A stretch of DNA of 53,075 bases, filler included, from Sphacelaria rigidula (lineage: Eukaryota): the NCBI GenBank assembly GCA_964200075.2. It is 4 parts of 4 records of this genome, joined end to end, with 100 filler letters (N's around TTAATTAATTAA, not from the genome) between each part and the next. Parts side by side here need not be neighbours in the genome. Positions count along the whole stretch, not along the records: positions 39,883 to 53,075 come from CAXNAA020003079.1; 3 more parts are not named here. The stretch is one strand, 5' to 3'. Both the position numbers and the translations under genes were made by a program. How positions within the stretch are numbered: position 1 is the first letter of the stretch; every line of letters begins with the position of its first letter. The notes below the pieces were generated by a model. The model was not told the DNA's origin. It saw only the letters and a program-made list of their open reading frames with translations, and did not search any database. This document shows, piece after piece, positions 45,514 through 53,075 of this stretch.

Positions 45514-46505
45514 AAACGTAATGCGGCATGTAGGACGCGCTGCTACCGCGCTACACATCCCGCGAGCTCTTGCGTTGCGCTGGTGATGCTGGCGGTCGGT
45601 GTCACCAACGTCCGTCCTGAGTGGAAAGAACTGTGACTGTTGAAGATGTGGCACCGTTCTCTCGAGGTTCCCATCTGCTTGAGTACTTCCTGGCTTCACT
45701 GGCAAAAATAGTTGGTACACTTACAACTGCTCAATCAGGAACTAGAAACCTATAAACCGCCCTCTGTGGGGTAGTTGGTTTAAGGAGGCCTCCGGCCCTC
45801 TCTTCCCTGCGCCTCGGGACCGATCTCCGGCCGTGTGCCTTCAAAGGTTGCACGGAGAGAAAAGGGCACGATAATCTTGATACCTGGTGGAGCTGATCAA
45901 CAGAATCAACCTGATGAATCGGAGTCAACCGGACGGACGATGCCGACGTCCAGCTGTTTTGCGGCTCACCCCGGAGCACGGATCTCCCTCTCTAATATGT
46001 GTGTCCACCTGTCCGTGTGTATCTCTCGTGCCGGCTGGTCTTCGGTGTTGCCTTCCTCTAAGGAACGATTCGCAAACGATATTCCGACGATGTTACCTCA
46101 TCAGCTGTGCGTTATATAGCGCAGGTAGTACATAACTCGAGCCAGGTGTTAACTCCTTGTTTTCGCTGCACGTTTTTGTACCAGGTGTAGGTCGAAGATC
46201 CTCCAAGATATCAGCAATACGCCTCCTTGGGCCTCCTGGTTCGGTTATCTGATACCCTTCCTTGTCCAGCTACTAGTAGAAATCGCAGAAGCATTGTCAC
46301 CGGCTGTTGCGAACGGCGGAAAAATTCTTGCAGGCAGAGAGTTGTGAGCATCCAGCCTCTGCTATGTGTTTGACAGCGTTCTGAATTTACAGTATCGGAG
46401 ATTTCCCGTCTTGGTACCGTGCGTTCATTAGAGTCCATTTACCGCGGGTCTGAGCGAGGAGACGAATTTCCCACTGCAAACCCGTCGTTTGCCTTGCCTC
46501 ACCTC

Positions 46506-46570
46506 GCAGCAGCAGCAGCTACAGCAGCGGCAGTAGCAGCAGTCAAGCCGCAGTAAAAGCAGCAGCAGTA
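46506..46570. repeat. Imperfect (CAG)n microsatellite
   Basis: GCAGCAGCAGCAGCTACAGCAGCGGCAGTAGCAGCAG...GCAGCAGCAGTAG. Confidence 0.7.
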
Positions 46571-49002
46571 GAAACGCGCCTTCGTTCTTGAGAAAAGAAG
46601 GAAGAGGAAGACTTCAGCACGTCTTCTTCCGCGTAGTTGTACCTTACAGTTCGCCTGTCTCTGCGGAGTATCATCACCATGGCTACGGCCTCCGGCGAAT
46701 TCTCATCTGTGGAGTTGTTCCCCGGAAAAATGTCTGTGTACGGCACTTGCAGACCGGTAAGCTTGTTGTTTCTGTAGAGGTGTTCTGAGGAACGCACAGA
46801 TATGTGCTTGAACAGCGTTTGGGACGGCGGGCAGCTGCCATGTTTTGTACCGCACCTGACGGGGGATAGCACCCCCCTCGACGATCGACCCGTTGACGGT
46901 TCAGTTCTGTTTCACACGGAGTATAGCACCCCACGTGTTGCGGAATCTAAAAATAATTCATGTTTTTCAATATTTCTTGTTAAACACACTAGTGGATCGC
47001 TGCTATCGTGGGTGAGTTGTTGATATCGTTGGTACTCGGTTTAAGGCGGGGGATATCACCGTCCCGGGGTTGTACCTTTCAATATTCGCACGAGCTGGGC
47101 CAGCAGTAAATCCCGATTTGCATGTCATACCGTAACCTATCAAGTTTACCAAATCAGCCCGCCTCGAGTATATCGGTGTGACCTGCAGACCAACGTGGTA
47201 ACGCACGGGACCGCCGCTGAACGAAATAAAAACGAAAAATAGTGTACTGCATAATGTATTGCCTAACCGACGGAACGAAAAAAAGGAATCCGTCGGGATT
47301 CAAACACGTGGCCTCCATAACTGGAGTCAACTGCATCACCTGGATTAAAAGAGCGCAACACTGCCCTTCCACAAGTTGGATGCTGCGCCAAATTTCTGGA
47401 TTTTAGGCCGAAATTATTCTAGGATCTCTTCCACACAAGGACGCACAACTACACTAGGGATGCCCCCGTATTTCTTTTTATTTTGACGGAGTTACAGCAT
47501 TGATCTAGTTTTTGCAGAAGCTTCAAATCGCTCGAACTATTTTTTTTTCTTGGTATCCCCGGGAAGGTTGTGTGTAGTGATGATAAAAATATTGTGTCAA
47601 AATTTCAGCGCCTAGCGCTTCGGATTACCCACCGCTCGGCCCGGATATATTCGCAAATCACCGTCAGCTGACCCAGCTCGTGTTGATCTGCCCGTGGCCA
47701 AAATCCCCCGAAACAACCAAACACCGAACACCTATCCAAACTCATTCACCCCAACCAAACACCGAATGCCCATCCAAGATGAGATATTCGAATACACCAT
47801 GAGATCGGAACTCTTTCCCGCGGCACCTTTTCGATAAAAAAAAATCGTCAAGGGCGTGTCTTTGCACATTTTGTTTTGGTGGAAGAAGTGCGGTGCTTTA
47901 CGTCCCAATAGATGGTGTCATACTGGCAGCGCAAACGTCCAATAACATCATGATCATTCCCAGGAACAGCCGCATCATACATGATACTATAAACTTGATA
48001 TAAGGAAGCACGGTGCATTTAAGATGTATCCGGACATAATTTACTTGATTTACTCAGCGGGCGAAGCCCGCAGCAAGAGCCAGGCCTCCCACACACACAT
48101 ATAGGTAACTCTATGGGAATGTAAAATCCGCGATCATGACCAAGCTTTCCAAGTCGGCGCCCGCCCAACATTGAGGGCTGTTCGACACCAGGCGGAGGAC
48201 TAAAAACATGCGACATGTCCTGTTGCACTGTACCGCAGAACGAGCACACTCACGCCCTCTGTCGTGAGCTGGAGCTGTCACTGTACTGTGGTGTGTTTGC
48301 GCAGTGCGAGGATGGTTTGGAGTTGCGATATCGTCGTTGTTTTCGTCTCTGCAGGAAAAAATGTTAGTCGGCACGCAGTGCTGTCTGCACACTGCTGAAA
48401 ACTTCATGGGTGTTGGCTGTTTTCATCTTCCGTAAAACGAAAGCAAGGCGCTGGCCGTTGCTGCGGCACGCACTCTCTGTTCAGCTCGTGCTGTGGGTTG
48501 GGGTAATGTACTACACTTTACTATGTTGTGTTCGAACATGCGAGCGCGGGCGTGCTTGGCCGTGAGAGTAGACCGCAAGAACACTAGGTTTTAGACTAAT
48601 TTCCACGTAATTCCCAAGTAGAATAGAGCAAGCTGATGGGTAGTTCCTGAGGAAGTCTCTCCCGACGCACATTCAGTCTGCCGAAAACACCATGATGAAA
48701 TAGATGATTCCAAGAGATTCCTTGTAAGCAAAGATCTTGACTGCATATTTCATCGACACATGTTTCGGCCGTGCCCGCAACGCCTCCCCCCTGTCGTGGA
48801 GATACTCGGTTCCCCCGATTGGTCGACACTCTGGTTTGATTGATTAATTGCTGCACGTGGCCACGAGATGGGCGTACAGAACCCCAGGGTGAATGAGGCA
48901 CAAACACTTGATAAGGCATGCGTCGACGAGAAAGTAGACCTAGATCCCACATCCAAATCGTTCTACTTTTTTTTCGGGCTTCGACGCGGCAATGGGATCC
49001 GG

Positions 49003-49130
49003 CGCCGACAGCAAGAATCCTTCTCGAGATACATGAGATGTAACGCGCCGACAGCGAAAATCCTTCTCGAGATACATGAGATGTAACGCGCCGACAGCGA
49101 AAATCCTTCTCGAGATACATGAGATGTAAC
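49003..49130. repeat. Near-perfect 43-bp tandem repeat, three copies
   Basis: CGCCGACAGCGAAAATCCTTCTCGAGATACATGAGATGTAACG starts at 49003, 49046 and 49089, with no spacers. Confidence 0.9.
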
Positions 49131-50082
49131 ACACCCAGCTGACGAATTCACAGCCGATCCGACGAGTTTATAATTCACCTCACACGGTCCTCCGAACTTG
49201 TTCGATAGTCCTCAAGAGCGCTCTTGTATGACCAACATATGAACTTGTTTTGGCTCCGATCCGTCGACAAATGAGGTCGCACTGGCTGTTTTTCGCATAA
49301 AAGCTTCCAGCAAAAATGGTGCCAAACCCTGCACACTTTGAAGCGGATAAGGCACTCGTACCTCAAGTTTGTTTTCGCGGATCGTTGGGACGCAGGACGC
49401 GGGCGACGAAACGCTCTTGTGAGCAAAACTTGGAATATCTTTATTCTTGTCCCTTTTGCTGTATCCTCTTTTCCCCCTTTTCTTTCCCTTGTCCTCTCCC
49501 TCTGTCGATATCCGTGAGCAAGCGTTTCCTTCATGTTTTCCTTGGGTACGTTCATCTCGTGGATAATGAACAAGTGTGGATCCCTTGGGGATCAGTTACG
49601 CGCGACAATCGTCATTCAATCATCGATCACTCACACACACCGATGGAAGGATGTGGACGTGGGCGGTGTTCGGAATCTAAGACAAAAAAAAATCGCGGGG
49701 TGTCGTGGTGGATCGTACTTCGTGAATCTGCGCACCGTGTCAGATGAAAGAGAGAGAGAAGTGCTCAGTTTGTTCCATTGTAAAATTGGTACGGTGAGCA
49801 GCTTCTCAAAATATTATTCATGGAGATGCCCTATGGTCTTTTTTATTTGGCTCCATCGTGCATCGTGATTCAAGCAGGATGGTTTGCTTGAAGGTGTTGT
49901 TGCCGCACATCATTCACCGCAGTGGTCAAATTCCACTGCGCACGCTGAAAACCCTGGTATAGAAAAACCCCCGTCATGGACCCCTTGGAGATTCGAATCT
50001 CAGCATCCACGATGAACCTTGAGTAGTTTGATTTTCATGGGTGACTTGGCGATGAATTCACGTGAGGCCTCTCCGGGGAATT

Positions 50083-50140
50083 CATTATTATTATTATGAT
50101 TTCCGCACATTAGTCCAATCTCTCGAACCCGTGGTCAGAA
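50083..50140 (-). mobile_element. Family D (TAA)n-tailed element 3' end
   Basis: (TTA)n followed by CACATTAGTCCAATCTCTCGAACCCGTGG, the inverse of 15190-15259. Confidence 0.55.
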
Positions 50141-51411
50141 GACTGATTCAAACAGGAGGCAAGTAGTTTCGACGGTGCATCACCGTTTCGAAAACCCGTT
50201 TCTGTAGGGGTCTGACAGTTGACAGTCTCCAAATATGTTATCGTCATGACACAAAATTCGACTTGATGGGTCGACGAGGGAAACGTGATTGCTGCACCCC
50301 TCTCGCGATAAAGAAATTAAGGGCAAGCACCGTAGGAGGAAGGTGGAGAACTAAAATGAAACAAAAAAGAAAAATCTCCCGCGTTGGCCTTCCTCCTGTG
50401 TGACCCCGGCTGGTGCGCCCACATTACCGAAAGGGGTAGACCGGCGTCCAGAATAAATGGGACGACAACACACACAACAACACACAGAACAACACACACA
50501 TAACACCCCAGGTTCAAAGCGTCGTTTGTGCAGGAATTCGCGGATTCGGTTGTATGGAGGGTGTTGAAGAAAATCATAAACTCTCACGGTTATCAGTGAG
50601 TCTGCGGCGCCAGAAAACCCTTCTCGCGCTGCCACCGAAAGAAGGAGATATTTCGTGAGAGTGGTCAGCTGTCATCATCCAGAAAAAGAAATATAAGCGT
50701 TCTTCCTTCGCGTTTTTTATCGATCGACTTTCCTACTCGCCGCCTGTGCTCAAACAAGGGGGGGGGGGGAAACAAGATGCAAGAAGTTGGGAGGTCTATA
50801 TGTGGAGTGAGAATTGGATGATACGCGGAATAGCAATAGTTTGATCGCTGGCATCGAAGGGCGGGTTAGCCTAGTTGACGGTAGGAGATGTTTGATGGAA
50901 AATGCACCGGGTGCATATCGTGGGGATCTGCGGTTTTGTATAGAATCTACTTGGTTATCTTGTTGCAATAGTAGAAGGCAAACAAGAGTAACACGGCGCA
51001 AAATTCTCAGACCAAAATGGAACGTAATTCAGTACCTTCGTACTGTTTTTGCCACACTGTACGCACTAATTACTTGCCTTTGACAAGCACATACCCAACT
51101 CTTGGCGTGATTTGTTCTTGTTTTTGAACGTGACCACGCTTCATATCAGCCTCTTACCGAGTAACCCCCCTGCTGCACCCCATTTGAACCGGCACCAATC
51201 ACCGTGATATGCTGCTTCGCACCAATAGCATGTATTCTCCTTACCCATCGAGCAAATGTAAGATACTCTTGCTCGCTGTGTTGAGGATCCCTGCCCTATG
51301 GTGCAAGCCCCGGCTGTGATCTGCAACAAGTCAGGGCAGGTTGTGTTCTGTAAGGTGGACCCGGAAGAGGGGCGGGGTTTCGGTCGGCATACTCAACCAT
51401 GCCGAAAATTT

Positions 51412-51630
51412 GATTGATAAGTTGACTGATTGATTGTCGCAATTCAGTTGACCCCCCCAGGGATCATGATCCAGCTCTGGTCACACGACAGACGTACCCC
51501 AAAAATAGCAACACTGAACACACTTGCTGAAGAAAAAGAAGGAAAACAAAAGGTTGAACAGAACAACATAGTAGACTAAGACGTGAATTTTTTTTGAATA
51601 ACAAGTCAATAAAAAGCAAATGTGTAGCGA
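51412..51630 (-). mobile_element. Family C repeat, copy 3
   Basis: (GATT)n, GTCGCAATTCAGTTGACCCCCCCAGGGATC, and GGTTGAACAGAACAACATAGTAGACTAAG; right boundary approximate. Confidence 0.65.
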
Positions 51631-52270
51631 ATATCCCCTTGTGGTTCGGAAGGATATCGCCCGCCTGATCCAAACACTCCGGTATGGTGCGGTAGCGTAT
51701 TCACTGAGAAAAGTACTTGTTTTATGCTTTCGTAAGTACCCGAATTTAAGAGGGTGTACCCTGCACCATACAACCTCGCGCACATATTTCTCTCGCTCGC
51801 GACTCTCGTTGGAGGAGGACAATACAATACTGTGTACCGCCCATGACACCACTCGGCTCGAACACATGTACTCTACTGGAGTTTCGCAGAGTGCCCGCTG
51901 GCTCTCGTCTCGCGGCGCCTAGAAGATGAGGGTCACGTACGATGGTGGTGTTACAAACGGGGGGCAAAATCAGAGTCTGCCCCGTGGGTGAAGGGTTTGG
52001 TGAAGTCACAGTAGAGTTTAGTGGGGGAGGTTAACGCGTGCCTGTGTAGGAATGTCGAGGCGTTGTGCACCGATACGAATATTTCTCGATAGTGTCGTGG
52101 GAACTGACATATCATTGTACAAGGTGGTCGGAAGCTTCCATCCTAAGATGTACATCATGAATGCTGTATTGGTCAGGTGCACCGAAGAACGCAGGCGAGG
52201 CTACTACTAGACGACGAGAAAACTGAGAGCAGTTGACCCCTCCACCTCCCCCCCTCCCGCCCAGCGCCAG

Positions 52271-52385
52271 AATGGTGAAGGTGTCTCTATTAGGGGTAGG
52301 AACGGTGCTCCCTCTCGAAAGGGCTGCGTGGTCAATGGTCAAACGACTGAGGCAAGCAACAAATGAGTACGCCCTCCCGACCCTC
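52271..52385 (+). mobile_element. Family A LINE 3' tip
   Basis: GGTGTCTCTATTAGGGGTAGGAACGGTGCTCC...GCAACAAATGAGTACGCCCTCCC, preceded by a C-rich run at about 52237-52262. Confidence 0.8.
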
Positions 52386-52524
52386 TTTTTCACAGAGTTT
52401 TGTTAGCCTTGAGTCACCTGAAATTTGAGCATACAGTACAACCATCACCGGGCCTACATGTCTTACTTGAGAATTCGTCTTCCCCTCCTTTTCCCACGTT
52501 TCCATGCGCGCGATCCTTGCGAAG

Positions 52525-52626
52525 GTGAGCTCCTATGAACGGCTGAATCGAATAGGAGAAGGAGCGTACGGTACTGTATATCGGGCCGTGGATAAGCAGA
52601 CCAACACCGTCGTCGCCCTGAAGAAG
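52525..52626 (+). CDS. Cyclin-dependent kinase exon, CDK10/11-like (subdomains I-II)
   Basis: [34 protein letters not shown] with Gly-rich loop and VALK; AG at 52523-52524 and GT at 52627. An in-frame ATG also exists at 52504. Confidence 0.82.
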
Positions 52627-53075
52627 GTGTGCAACATAGGTACATACCTAGTATAGACGTATTCTTCAGGCAGCAGCGAATACAGTGTGGCCTAAAACAT
52701 AGCGAGTGTTGATGTACAAGTCAACATGCACATACATACATATATATATATATATATACAAGCCGTACGGGACCTAGGGCTGCGCCCTGGTCCCGTCCGT
52801 CTTTTTCGAGGGTCTCAGTATTCTTGCCTTGCACAGCCCTCGTGAGAATAGATCCTCTCTCGAAATATTCAACCCCGCCGGAAACATTGCAGGACCACCA
52901 CGATCGCGCGCACGTTCGAACGGTCGCAAACGCATGTGTACCCCCGCACAAACTAAAGTATAAATCTGCTAACTGGACCCCTAGCATTGGCATTGGCCCG
53001 AACAGTCATCTCCCGGGGCGGGTGCGGAGGAACTTGGACACTAAAATCAGCATTGAATCTCGTGGACGCCTCGTT

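Noticed and set aside
49003-49130. 43-bp repeats as a CRISPR array
   Set aside because: Units are head-to-tail with no spacers, there are no cas genes, and the context is eukaryotic.

Overview
Eukaryotic, intron-rich genomic DNA, most consistent with a brown alga or other stramenopile (inferred from short GT-AG exons, 1-3 kb repeat-filled introns, flagellar and plastid-type genes). The window is four contigs joined by artificial 100-nt linkers (44N-TTAATTAATTAA-44N), so adjacency across 13197-13296, 26490-26589 and 39783-39882 is not biological evidence. Manual splicing gives six partial genes: TTLL9-like tubulin polyglutamylase (-), a PP1-type phosphatase N-terminal exon (+), a His-rich COG0523/CobW metallochaperone GTPase (+), a single-Cys peroxiredoxin Q/BCP (-), an unknown membrane-anchored protein (-) and a CDK10-like kinase exon (+). 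Most ORFs in the supplied track are spurious. The non-coding part holds LINE/SINE 3' fragments, a hAT-type MITE, a Ty3/Gypsy relic and tandem repeats. The two most unusual signals are (1) two related non-LTR retroelement families that end in poly(C), sit in C-runs and twice supply the pyrimidine tract of a splice acceptor, and (2) an excess of TACAGTA/TACTGTA, the Tc1/mariner excision footprint, including one case visible as an exact +5 nt insertion against a paralogous copy. No CRISPR, rRNA or intact tRNA was found.
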